From NCBI GenBank assembly GCA_036172245.1, contig JAYWIR010000044.1, forward strand, positions 1,550,001-1,614,000: DNA of 64,000 nucleotides, given 5' to 3'. Origin of the DNA: Raillietiella orientalis. Its lineage: Eukaryota. How positions within the stretch are numbered: position 1 is the stretch's first letter; every line of letters starts with the position of its first letter. A program made the translations under genes and the position numbers. Under the pieces are notes generated by a model. It was given only the letters and a program-made list of their open reading frames with translations, was not told the origin of the DNA and made no database searches. This document shows positions 1 through 11,679 of the stretch, one piece after another.

Positions 1-805
1 TGTATGGACAGTTCGCTGCTCCCCCTTGCTTGGAAACCAGCCGTGCTGCTTTTCGTTCACTGGGGTTTTCAGTGCAACGAGCGTTGGCATCGTGACTCCG
101 GGGGACTTGCGTCTGCGAACTGCGTTCTGTGCGGATCGACGGAGTCGATTCCGCACCTACTTCTGGACTGCGGTGTCCTACAAGGACTGTGGCGTAGGCT
201 GGCAACAGCACTATTGCATCCCGTGGACACCGCAAGAGACTTGCTGCGACGATTCTTCACGCGGAGCGGGCTTTCACTAAGCGCAAGGATTGCAACCATC
301 GGTTGCATACGCGCGATAGTTTCCGTCCGCCAGGCGTTGGTAATCAACGGACAGCACCAAGAGGTAATCAGCAAAGCATCCTTCTACATGGGAGCATCCG
401 CTAGATGGCCTCATTTGACAGAGGAGACAAAGAGGAATCTCGCCGCAATACACCGCCGGTTTACACACGCTCAGCAGCGGCCAACCCGGTGATCATTGAC
501 CTACCCTCCATAAACTATTTTTGTATTTTCTTTTTACATCCGCGTCCCCATAGGCTCCGGAACATTCTAGGTGCTCATCGTCTAAATCCCCGTGAGTACG
601 GAGCCTAACCAAAAACCCGTTACCCTTCCCTCCAGTTTTTGATTTTTGTTTGTTTCCCCTCATTCCTCCCACACTGCGAGCGGTTTGTTTACCAAGCCTG
701 CGTGCCGGTAATTTTTCTATGTTCTCTGTCGTTCTGTTGTTGAAGGACATTGTCCCTGAGCAGTTTATTATTATTAATAAACGCCCCGGCGTGACCGGGT
801 GATAA
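1..805 (+). mobile_element. 3' end of an L1/Tx1-like LINE (E0): ORF2 C-terminal zinc finger and 3' UTR
   Basis: ORF 4..492 carries CVLCGSTESIPHLLLDC. A T-rich UTR follows, then AATAAACGCCCCGGCGTGACCGGGTGA at 776-802. Near-identical to 59973-60777. Confidence 0.9.
776..802 (+). terminator. Conserved 3'-terminal signal AATAAA + CCCGG-loop-CCGGG hairpin; representative copy
   Basis: Present at 13 element 3' ends with a conserved stem and variable loop. The function is inferred. Confidence 0.7.
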
Positions 806-1361
806 ATTTCAATCTCCGTCTGCTAACAGGTGAGCCACAAACACAAGAGAACGCGATGAACGAGTTGTGCGCCGCCATGCGTGCGCGCAACTTGTTCGCG
901 GGTGAGAGGGGAATGGTCCGCAGCATCGACCACGTCTTCCTCGACGCTAACCTGTGTTCACGGGTCGGCAAACGGGGGAGGGTTGCGTCGACGTTGTCGG
1001 ACCATTCCCGGTTAATTTTCGAGATGTGGCCTCGAGACAAAGGACCACCGTCCAGGGATTGGCGTATGCCGGTGGACTGGACGCGACTCTCAGGTGCGAA
1101 GGAACGCCTTCGCGAATACCTGAGAAGCGTCACGCTCCGGAATCTCCATTGAAACCCGGGTGCGCCGGGACGTTTATTCTCTCGAATAAACCTATACAAT
1201 CTGTTACTGGACCAGTAGTCCAGCCACGCCCTGGAAAGATATAGCTTGCCGGGCTACCGGTGCGCAGACCGGCGCGGTCGACCTCGGCAGCAGAGGGGAG
1301 GGGGAACGAAACAAAAAGAAAACAAAAAATAAACAAAAATCAGGGAGGGAGCGGGAAGGGA

Positions 1362-4300
1362 TCACAGTCTGCTGGGAGGCTCCGTCATCCTCTGGAGGAT
1401 GCCGGCAAGCTGTTTCTGCGTGTGTGGTTCCAGATGGGGCCATCGCGTCGCCATCCTGAGGAAACGGGCAGCATACACGTTGGCATCCCTGTCGCTGGAT
1501 CCTCCCGTCGATTTGCTCCATGCCACGACGATCCCGCGTAGGCAGCACAGGGCTGCAAGCAAGGCCGCTGGAGGCAGGGCGTCACGGACGAAGAGGGGGC
1601 GCAAAGCGTCACTGGGGTTGCCTCCGGGGATCCCCACGGCTGCGGCAAAGCGTTCCCACAAGGGACGGAGGGCAACACAATCCACTAACAGGTGGGGGAG
1701 GTATTCCCTCTCCCCGCACCTGACACAATTAGGGTTGACAACCCCCGCGTCCAGTGGTTTTGGCGGGCGTTGCAAGGAAACCCCCAATGCAACACCATCA
1801 GTGCCGACTGTTGCCACTTTATGGGGAGGGTGCGCGAGTCCATAAGCACCATGGGACACTCGAGATGTTCCTCTGGAACATCCAGTAGCTCTCCCCAGCG
1901 CAACAGTCCATTTGGGGTGGTCCTCGGGGTCGCAGCGTTGGTGAGCTGACCCGTTCTCCAATCCCCGTTCTTCTTTGCCCTGCTGGCGATCTTGAAAGTA
2001 ACCTCCCATTGTGCCGCGACGTCGCTGCCCAGATGTTCCCGTAGGGTAGGCAGTACCGCAGCAAGGGAGGTTCTTTGTGCCCACGCTCTCCTTCGGGGAT
2101 TCTCGATGATTTCTCGGAGCGTGCGGCGGGCATGCGGCCCGAACAGAGCTATTCGCTCGTGTTGCGGGCTCTGCTCCTGAATCATCGCCCACGTGCGGAC
2201 GGTTTCCTGCAACCAGGCAGGGCCGTTCGCGGGGCGTACGAGGATCCGCGCCGAGTTGTTCTTCACGAGCTTGGCCGCCCTCCGAAGTTGAAGTCCGCAG
2301 TGGCAGATGGGGCTTCGGAGTGCAAAGTAGGACGAGAGTCCCGCATTGCCGGTGGCCCGCTCGACGAGGAGACGTGCAGGGAGGCACCGAGGGGTGCACC
2401 AGTTTTCTGCCATAAAGGCAACAACTCGGAACTGGAGCTGTAGCTCCAGCCGCTCCAACGTCAGGAGACCCAGAGCACCATCCCGACGAGGAGCGCACAA
2501 GTCCGAAAGACGGACTCGGGGCCTCCCTCTGCCCCAAAGGGCGATCCTCAGGAGGTCCTTCGTCCTCTTCTTTGACTTCGCTGAGGGGGGGCAAACAAAA
2601 AGCAAGGAGCGAAGGAGGGGGGCCGCAAACGCGTTCCACGCCGCGGCCCGTTCATGCAGGAAGAACCTGCCGTCCTGGAACGGGCCGATCGCCTCCTGAG
2701 CTTTCTGAAGGCAGCCGGACCACGCTTCCGCAGGGGAGTAATCCCCCAACGGCACACCAAGGTACTTGAAGTACCTCACCGTGGGGATCCTTAAACGGAC
2801 CCAGTCCTGCTGCCCTGCCCACGCCGCTCCGACTGGCATTACGGACGACTTCGCCCTGTTCACCGTCAGTCCTGTTCCACGACTCAGCAGGTCGAAGAAG
2901 TCCTCGACCGCCGAGGCCGGGGTGGACATAGGCAGCAGCAGCAGAAGGTCGTCCGCGTACGCCGAAACCGCAGGCGTACCGGGGCAATCGCACGGCAGGT
3001 GCGCAAGAGTCTCCCTGTACGCTCTCAGCACCAATTCGAAAAAGGCGCTAAAGAGCAGGGGGCTAAGGCTGTCTCCCTGCCGTATGCCGCGTCGCACCGG
3101 TACTCCGTGCACGGTTTGCTCGCTGAAAAGAACATTAATGAGCGCGTCGCGCCAGCTGGAGCGCAGGTAGGCCAACAAAGAGGCCGGGAAGCCCAAGCGT
3201 TCCAGAAGCTCCAAGAGGAGATTCTGGTCGACGCTGTCGAATGCTTTACGCAAGTCGACAGCGACCGCAAGGGCTCCCTTCCCCACCCGACCGTTCCGTC
3301 TCCCGCCAACGGACGCACCGGAATTCCGGCTGCTTAATAAGCCCCTTCCTTGTTGGAGCTCTAACCATGTGGAAGCGTGGAACAGTTTCGCCTCCATGCT
3401 CCGCCCGGGAACAGCATAAGTCTGTTCCGGGCTGATGAAGATGTTGGCAACCCGTCCCAGACGCTCTGCCCACATCTTGGCTATCAACTTGGCGTCCGCA
3501 TTCACTATTGTGATGGGACGCCAGTTGTTCATGCTCCTTAGGTCTCCTCCCTTCGGGAGGAGCCGAACCTTTGCTGAACGAAACGAGGTGGGAACGTCAC
3601 CTGTTACACGGATCAGCAAGGTGAGCTGATGTACCAGGGGAGTAAGCTGAGCCGCGAAAGTTTGGTAAAACTCCGCGGGCAGGCCGTCCTCCCCTGGAGC
3701 CTTCCGCCTCTTGAGCTTTCCGATGGCCGAGAGGATCTCGTCCATCGTGGAAGGCTCGTCGAGGCTTCTTTTCTCCTCCTCCCCGATCGCTGGAGCACCT
3801 TCCGGAAGCAGAAGTCGTGAGACGTCCCGCTCCGGAGGCGCCCTGGCGTACAGGGAGGAGTAAAATTTCCTGACTATCCCGCGTTTCTGAGCGGGAACCG
3901 AGTGCTCCCGGCCCTGGTCGTCCAGCAAGCTGGCCGACCCGGATTGCCAGGCTTGCCTCTCGGCTCCCGCTCGATACTCTGCTAACCTGCGCATGTCGGG
4001 GGTTCTTGCGTAACGTCGGGCCTGAAGATAGCACCTTTCGTTACGCGGCCCCTCCCCAAATCCCGCAGGTAGGCGATGCAGGGGGAACTGATCGCAGAAC
4101 TCCTGGACCGACCGCTTGAAGCGGTCCCAGTCCTGAAGTGTCTGCATCCTGAAGCTTCGAATAAACGCGCGGAGGTGCTCCGCCGCGTCGGGAAACTTCA
4201 GCCAGTCCCCTGGCAGACGCCACGCTGACGAGGGGGGGCCCTTGTCGCGCGGACGCACTTCGAACATGATCCGACCATGGTCCGACAGCTCGGATGGTAC

Positions 4301-4942
4301 CTTGCCGCGCCTGCCAACCCGAGAGCATAGGTGCTGATCAAGGTACACGTGATCGATGCTGCTTTCCATGGCCGTGTCCCCGGCCAACAAGTTGCGCGTT
4401 TTCATTTCTGCGCACAACTCGTTGACGCGGTCGTTCAGTGTATCCGGCGCACCTGAAAGCAGGCGCAGGTTGAAATCACCTGCGATCAGGTGCGCTTTGC
4501 AAACTCCTGCATCGGTCAGCCAATCGCGTCTCAGGGCAAGGTAGAATTCCCTTCTTGCCTTCGCCCTCAACGCGTTGTTTCCGCGAGGAGCGTATAGGTT
4601 GGTGAAGACCAGGTCGATAGAGTCGGACCAGCTGAGAGTCAGCTGACCGACGCGACCTGCGTCATCGAAGCGAACGTCCTTTATTGCGGTCTCGATGGCT
4701 GGCCGAAGCAGGAAGGCGACACCGCTTGATTTCGCGGTGCCGCAACGCCACAACAGCCGCCCACCCGAGATCCGTTCGATCTCCCGGGCTTGATCTGCGG
4801 AGATCAGGTGGATCACCTGCAGCAGCACCAGGTCGAAGGATGCCAGGGTGGCGGCCACGTCACGCCTCTTGCCGTCGTCGCTTAGCCCGTTCACGTTCCA
4901 ACAGGCGATCAGAAGACGACGGCGAGAGGCGATTCCCGGCAT
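1362..4942 (-). pseudogene. E1 ORF2: APE endonuclease, reverse transcriptase and zinc finger; nearly intact
   Basis: 1085-aa ORF with WNVNGL, GDFN, IDH, SDH, KAPGEDG, WRPIT, KAFD, RQGDSLSP, YADD and KYLG. A frameshift near 1740 moves CVRCGEREYLPHLLVDC into ORF 1362..2639. The endonuclease QE motif is mutated to QV. Confidence 0.93.
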
Positions 4943-6584
4943 TATGGCTGGGAAAGTGGCGTCGCGACACCTGCCGCGGGGCAGTGTCGGAAAGGTCCAT
5001 CGGTACGAGGACGGAGGCCTCTTCAGGCGCCTGGGGTACCTGTTCGGCCTCCATCCTCACCATCCCCTCCGTGTCCGAGCGTGGAATTCTCTCGGGCGAC
5101 GGATCCCGGGAGTTTCCCACGCTCATGGCACCCTCGCTACCGGAAGCCATCTCTTCCCCTTCGTCGGGGGAGACGATCTTCCGGGGCATTGTGGACTTTC
5201 GTCCTGCCTTTTTGCGGAGTGCCGCGGAGATGGATGCTGTGTTTCCGGCCTTCACCTCGGGGTCGGAAGTGGCCGACTCCTGAGGGGAAGCCGGACGCCT
5301 GACGGCCTTCTTGCCAGCCTTGGGGGCAACCGGCTGCAGCGAGGCAGCCAGCTCCTCCGCGGCGCGCTCGAAGGCGACGTCATCGAGCGTGGGCACGATG
5401 ACGGACGCCGCCGCCTCGCTTCCCTCCTTGTTGACTTTGTCAACGGAGGGTTGAGCAGGGGCAGCAGCGAGTTCTTTAGCGCCGCATCCGTCGATGGCGG
5501 GAATCCGCTCTACAACGACGCAGCAGCTTTTAATTTTTTCGCGGCGCAGGGCGGTTTCGCTCCGTTTCGCCACGTTCTTTCCCTTCTTATGGGAGTTTTT
5601 CTTGGGGTCGACCTTCTGCCACCCTGGCTCTTGACCCTCGCCCTCGACCTTTTTGGCGTTTTAAGCAGAAGTCTCGGGGCTGGCCTTCGCCTTGGTGGCG
5701 GAGGTGACCTCCTTAGCAGCATCACGAGCTGCCAGCTTCTTTCTCTTTTTTGCCGCGCGCTTTCTCGCGTTTTTCGCGGACACGACGCGGACTGTGTTTT
5801 GGGGGCACACCAGACGGGTGTGCCCCGCTTGTTTGCATTGCTGGCACTGCACGTTTGGACACCTCATTTTAAGGTGACCAAAGCTGCTGCAGCAGCCGCA
5901 AAACTTGGGTTTCCCCACGTACCACACGTCAACGGATTCACCGTTGACGGTAAGTTTGTGGGGAAACTCACATCCCTCGCGAACCGTCACTCGCGCTGCA
6001 CCCAGGCCGCCAAGCACCCCGTCGTAATCGACAAAAGGAGTAGGCTTTCCCCACAGCGCGTGGACTGTTGCAAACTTTTCTAATTCGTTCCGGACGGCCT
6101 CCTTCCTCATCCGGAACGTGATACCGGTCAGGTGAATGATCACCGACCGGTCTTCAGTAATGGGGAGAAGCCTCCGGCTGCCCATAATTACGGGGGTTCG
6201 CAGAAGTCTCTGCGCAAGAGTTGCCTCCTTGCAGATAACTTCCACAAATTGACCCCCGCTTCTGACGGACATAGCCAGAAGTTCCTCTTTTTGTACACCG
6301 AGAACGCGCATCGCCTGCGAAAAGGCGCGCGCGTTCTCGGGAGAATATAAACCGCCTACCTTATATAGAAGGGGTGGGTTATACCCCTCCTCCAGGTAAG
6401 CGCGCATTTCCGCCATAGCCGCTGGCGTAGGTGCCGCAGCCACGGCGTTCCAAGCCCTGGGTAGGGCCGGGGGCGCATCCATGCTGGCGGAAGCCTCCAC
6501 TGATGCGAGAGCCCCCACCTCCATCTCCTCCGGGGGCAATGAGGTCATCGACCCCGGATCCTCACCGGTGGTGGTATCAGGCAT
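4860..6584 (-). pseudogene. E1 ORF1 (gag-like nucleic-acid-binding protein, two CCHC knuckles) with one in-frame nonsense codon
   Basis: 5661..6584 has CGCCSSFGHLKMRC and CQQCKQAGHTRLVC. TAA at 5661-5663 is followed in the same frame by 4860..5573; the homolog 38417..39487 reads through this position. Confidence 0.88.
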
Positions 6585-6640
6585 TGCTGCCTAATCCTCC
6601 ACCCACACCACGCACAAGCACCAACGGAAATGAAACTCAG

Positions 6641-6666
6641 GAGCAACGAAAAGACACGTCCGCTCG
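6641..6666 (-). promoter_or_regulatory. Conserved 5'-terminal motif (candidate internal promoter); representative copy
   Basis: CGGACGTG-TCTTTTCGTT-GCTC. Equivalent motifs occur at seven other element 5' ends. Confidence 0.6.
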
Positions 6667-9600
6667 ACGCTCCGGAATCTCCAGGACTGGGACCTTTTTC
6701 AGGAATCGGTCTGCGAGTTCTGCGAGCATTTTCCCCTGGATCGCCTGCTTCCCGGATTTGGCTAGGGTGTTCGCAACCATCGAGCCTATTTACGGGTTCG
6801 TTGTTACGAGAGAACCCCTAATGTATGTCGCTTGGCCGAGTACCGCGCTGGGGCCGAACGCCAAGCCTGGCAAACCGGGTCGGCGAGCTTGCTGGACGAC
6901 CAGGGCCGGGAATGTTCGTCCCCGGCGTCGGTACGGCATCTCGTGCGGAGTTTTTATTCCTCCCTTTACGTCAGGGAGCCCCCGGATCGGAAAGCCTCTC
7001 GGCCCTTGCTTCCGGATGGCGCCCCGGCAATAGGGGAGGAGGAGATGGAAAGCCTCGACGAGCATTTTACCACCGGCGAAATTCTCGCCGGTATCCAAAG
7101 GCTCAAGAGGCGTAAAGCTCCAGGGGAAGACGGCTTGCCGGCGGAGTTCTTTCAGTGCTTCGCGGAAGAGCTGGCACCCCTGCTGCTTAAGTTGATCAGG
7201 CTGATCCGAGACGAAGGCGATGTTCCCGCCTCGTTTCGGTCAGCCAGAGTGAGGCTCCTTCCGAAAGGGGGAGACCTCAGGGATTTAAAGAACTGGCGTT
7301 CAATCACAATAGTGAATGCGGACACCAAGTTGCTAGGAAAGGTTTCAGCAGAGCATCTGGGACGGGTTGCCAACATCTTCATCAGCCCGGAACCGACATA
7401 TGCTGTTCCCGGGCGAAGCATGGAGGCGAACCTGTTCCACGCTTCCACCTGGCTAGAGCACCAACATGAAAGGAGCTTGGTGCGGACCTGGAATTCCGGT
7501 GCGTGCGCCGGCAAGGGGTTGGATGGTTGGGTGGGGGAGGGAGCCCTTGCGGTCGCAATCGACTTGCGAAAAGCATTCGATTATGTCGACCAGAATTTCC
7601 TTCTGGAGCTTCTGGAACGCTTGGGCTTCCCGGCCTCATTAGTGGCCTATCTGCGCTCTAGCTGGCGCGACGCGCTCATCAAGGTTACTTTTAGCGGGCA
7701 GACCGTGCACGGCGTGCCGGTGCGGCGTGGGATCCAAAAGGGATACAGCCTGAGTCTCTTGCTCTTCAGTACCTACTTTGAGTTGGTACTGAGACCGTAC
7801 AGGAGAACTCTGGCGCAGCTGCCGCACGACTGTGCCGGGTACGCCGGTCGTTTCAGCATACGCGGACGACCTTCTGCTGCTGCTCCCTATGTCCACCCCG
7901 GCTGCGGCCTTCGAGGAGTTCTCCGACCTTTTGCATCAAGGAACCGGACTTACGGTCAACAGGGCGAAGTCGTCAGTGATGCCAGTTGGTGCGGCGTGGG
8001 AAGGGCAGAAGGACTGGGTGCGTTTGGGGATCCTCACGATGAGGTACTCCAAGTACCTTGGTGCGCCGTTGGCATACTACTCCCCGGCGACAGCGTGGTC
8101 CGGCTGCCTCCAAAAAGTAGAGAAGGCGATCGGCCCGTTCAGAGGCGGTAGGTTTTTCCTGCCTGAACGGGCAGCGGTTTGGAACACGTTCGCGTCTCCT
8201 CTCCTCCGCCCTCTGCTTTTTGTTTGCTTCTCTACAGAGAGAATTAAAAAGCGGACAAAGGACCTCATCCCTATCGCCCTTTGGGGCAACGGGAGGGCCC
8301 GAGTCCGATTAAAGGACTTGTGCACTCGTCGTCGGGACGGTGGTCTGGGCCTGCTGACGCTGGAGCGGCTGGAGCTTGAGCTCCAGTTTCGCTTGTCGGC
8401 ACTCTTTCCAGAGTTGTGGTGCACCTGTTGGTGCGTCCCTGCACGTCTCCTTCTCCAGCAAGCCACCGGCAAGATGGGACTGATGTCGTTTCTTGCACTC
8501 CGTCGCCGCGTCAACCGATGCGGACTCCAGCTACGGTGGGTGGCTGCGCTGTATCGGAAAAACTTAGGATTGCTCACCTGTCGCCCTTTGAACGGTAGTG
8601 CCTGGTTTCAGGAAACCGTTCGAACGTGGGGACAGTTCGGCATGCAACGCTTTCAACAGTAACGAAAGTTTCTGTTTGGGGGTTACAGAAGTTGCACGCT
8701 CCGCGAGTTCCTGGAGGATCAAAAGAAGAGTGCGTGGGCAAGCAGAACCCCCCTTGCTGCTGCGCTGTCTTCCCTGATGGAGGATCTGGACAGCGATGTT
8801 TTGGCGAAGTGGGAGGTTACAGTAAAAATCTCCGGGAAGGAGAAGAAGATAGGAGAGTGGAATATGGTCCAGTTGACAGACACTGCGACCCCGAGTACGC
8901 CTCCCAATGTACTTCTGCGTTGAAGAGCGCTGCTCGATGTTCCCATTGAACATCTGAACTGGTTCCCGGTGCTCATGAACACTTCCGCCATCCTTTTAAA
9001 ATGGCAGGAGACGGCTCTCCTGTTGCAGCACTGGGGACTCATCTGCAACGCCCGCCGACACCACTGGACCTGGGGAGCGGTGGACCTTAATTGCGTCAGG
9101 TGTGGGGAACGGTAGTCCCTTTTCCACCTGCTAGTGGATTCTATTGCCCTTCGGCCACTTTGGTTTCGCTTTGCCGCGGCCATCGGATTCCCCTGCGGTA
9201 ACCCCAGGGACGCACTGAAAGCCCTCTTCGCTGCTGACGCCTTTCGGCCAGCGACCTCGTTAGCAGCTTCGTGCTGCCTACGCGGGATCGTCACCGCTTG
9301 GAGCAAGGCAACGGGAGGTCAACGCGACCAGGGTGCCATCTTGCCAGCCTCTTAGTTTCTGAAGTGGGCCTCCCAATGGCCATACCTGGATCCAGTAATA
9401 CAGAAGGAGCTTGCCGGCATCCTGCAAAGGATGCAACGGCCCCACCAGCAACTGTAATCCCTTCCCTCACCCTCCCAAGTTTTCTTTTCTTTTTTGTTTT
9501 GTTTTTTGTTTTTCCCCCTTACCCCTGCTTCCGTGGTGGACCGTACCGGTCTGCGAACCAATGACCCGGCAGGCTCTGTGTTTCTTCGTGCGTGGCTGGA

Positions 9601-9674
9601 GCAATGGTCCAGCCACTACACGTCTTTGTAAATGTTTGTTTTATAATAAACGCCCCGGAGAAATCCGGGTGAAA

Positions 9675-10052
9675 ATCGAACGCTTTACAGAGAGCGACGG
9701 CGACCGCTAAGGCTCCCTGCGTTCCTTCGTGCCTTGAACCCCGCCGCTTACCTTTGGCAGCGGCGATTTTAGCTGCCTGGCACTACTGCGCCACGCGCTG
9801 CTGCAAATCGAACCATTTTAAAGGAAAGAAGAGATTCGCGTCCATGGACCGCCCCGGAACAGCATACGTCTACTCCGGACTTATCAAGGACTCCGCGATT
9901 CTCCCCAGGCGCGCGACCCATAGCTTGGAGAACAACTTCACGTTTGAATCCACCAATGTGATCGGACGCCAGCAGATCACCGCCTTTCGGCAGTAGACTC
10001 ACCTTTGCTGACCGGAAAGAAACCGGAACATCGCCGGTCTCTTGCATCAGCG
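9675..10052 (-). pseudogene. RT fragment (LMQETGDV...LLPKGG...AVAVALCKAFD)
   Basis: ORF 9769..10047 and adjacent frames. It ends at the AFD codons where the H1 3' end abuts. Confidence 0.85.
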
Positions 10053-11679
10053 ACGGTCGCGTACGCCCGTGCTTTTGCGTCGCTCCGCGGTAGATTGGCT
10101 CTTGTGTGTTTTTGTTCTGCTGGGCTTCTGTGCTGCAATGGGAGCAAAGAAGAACTTCAGCCGTAAGAAGGAAACGCCACCTGCTCCTGAGATGGCTGCT
10201 TCGGCTGCTAGTAAGGAGCCTCTGTCCTCGCAGACGGCGAGGACATTCGCCCAGGTCGCTGCCCTCGCGGCTACGATGGGACCTTCGCCCGACAGCCCTG
10301 AGCTTCAGGCATATGTAGCAAATGGCTACACGCCTGCACTCAGGTATAATTTAAGTGTCCTTTTGCATGAGCGGTTTGGGCGCGAGTTTGGCTAGGAACT
10401 CCAACGGATTGGAGTTCAAAAAGGCCAACTGGAGTCCATCATGCCCATAAGTGGGTGCGGCTACTGGGAGGTGTCCAGTAAGGACGCTCTCCTTACGCAG
10501 CGTTTGCTGCACACGCCGCTGCTCATTCGTGGGCAGGAAATACTCCCTGTCACAACGGACCAGTCGTTCGCTGTCCGGCTCAGTGGAGTGTGTAAGGGCC
10601 TTTCGGACCCCCAGGTCGTGGAGTCCCTTGAAAATTTCGCTACCGTCCACGCGGTTTGGAGGCTGCCAAACCCTGCTGAAGGGTTAGAAGACCACCACAG
10701 CAAGCTCGCGCAAGTGCGAGTGACGATGGCGGATCGCCGTGCAATGCCCACGCGACTGCAGGTGGATGGAATGACCGTCCGCCTGTGGTTTGGCGGGCAA
10801 ACGCATGTATGCTCGGAATGCGGGCAGGAGGGTCACCGCATTACGAAGTGTCCCTCGGCCGCTTGCCGTTACTGCCACGAGCACGGGCACACTAAAGGAA
10901 CGTGCCCGGAGCTCCTTTTAAAAAATGAAAAGCGCAGGAACGAATCGCGTTCCGCATTGCGGAATAATCGCGGCGAATCGAGAGTAAGAAACATCGAAGC
11001 TCCAAAAAGCGTTGCGAAAACCGCGACCACGCACGTGCAGAAAACTGTTTCTCGCCCCCACAAAGAAGGGGTTTAAAAACACAAAAAAACTCGTCGCTGC
11101 AAAGCCTCCGGCTATCCACCCCAAGGAAGCTCGCGAAGAATGCGACTTTTCTACGAGACCTCGCAGCCAATTGTTGAATGCAGGAGACATTGTGCCGAAG
11201 GTCAAAGAGCCTCGTACTGTCGGCATCACGACCGCGAAGCCTCGTACCAAGGCCTCGACTAGCGGCGCGGAATGCGGTCGTTCGCCCGATACGGGAAAAA
11301 CAAGCCTGCGGACAGAGGACACCGCGCCGTCTGAAGCTACTGCGGCCAAGGTGCCCCAGGCACCGAGTGCCACGAAGAAACAGCCGGCAAATCCGCAGTC
11401 CTCGCGCGCGGACGCAGCGCTTACTGTGGCCAAGGAAGAAACTGCTAGGGCGAGCACAACCGCTACAGCAGTGCCCCCAACGGTCGCAAAGGCAACGTGC
11501 GAACCCTCCGATCTGGAAGAGGCAGCGCCTCTCGCGATCGCTAGGTTTCCCCAAGTCCCACAAGGGGTGGGGTAAGTTTATTTTTCTATAAAAATACAAT
11601 ATTTACATTCGCACTCTCATTCACTCAATACAAACATTTTGCACTTGGGGGTCCTTGGGTTGCACTAGAGTTCTGCTTT

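Larger units (their letters stand above)
1149..6666 (-). mobile_element. Full-length LINE (E1) with 17-bp target-site duplication
   Basis: ACGCTCCGGAATCTCCA occurs at 1132-1148 and 6667-6683, and the empty site is present at 61103-61119. 5' motif at 6641-6666; terminal hairpin and AATAAA at 1149-1178. Confidence 0.95.
806..9674 (+). mobile_element. Degenerate chimeric LINE (H1), from endonuclease to 3' end, interrupted by E1 at 1149-6666
   Basis: 806-1148 encodes FNLRLL..SIDH..LSDH. It resumes at 6684 (QDWD). RT pieces 6832..8151 (KAPGEDG, KAFD) and 7832..8662 (YADD, KYLG) are followed by a zinc finger remnant and a terminal hairpin at 9645-9672. Confidence 0.88.

Noticed and set aside
1685..4942. 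Prokaryotic RT system (retron, group II intron, DGR)
   Set aside because: An N-terminal APE endonuclease, an upstream CCHC ORF1, TSDs and 5' truncations define a eukaryotic non-LTR element.
5573..5663. Programmed split of ORF1 after the zinc knuckles (three-ORF architecture)
   Set aside because: Breaks differ in type and position among copies (TAA 5661, shift ~11070, shift ~53490, TAG 55737), and E9 reads through. This fits decay or homopolymer errors.
4848..6083. Long antisense or alternative-frame ORFs (also 17294..18304, 21775..22683, 55682..56848)
   Set aside because: These are shadows of GC-rich ORF1/ORF2 sequence, have no recognisable motifs and are not conserved between copies.
1149..6666. 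E1 as a currently active autonomous element
   Set aside because: ORF1 nonsense codon, endonuclease QE-to-QV change and a frameshift before the zinc finger, unless these are sequencing errors.
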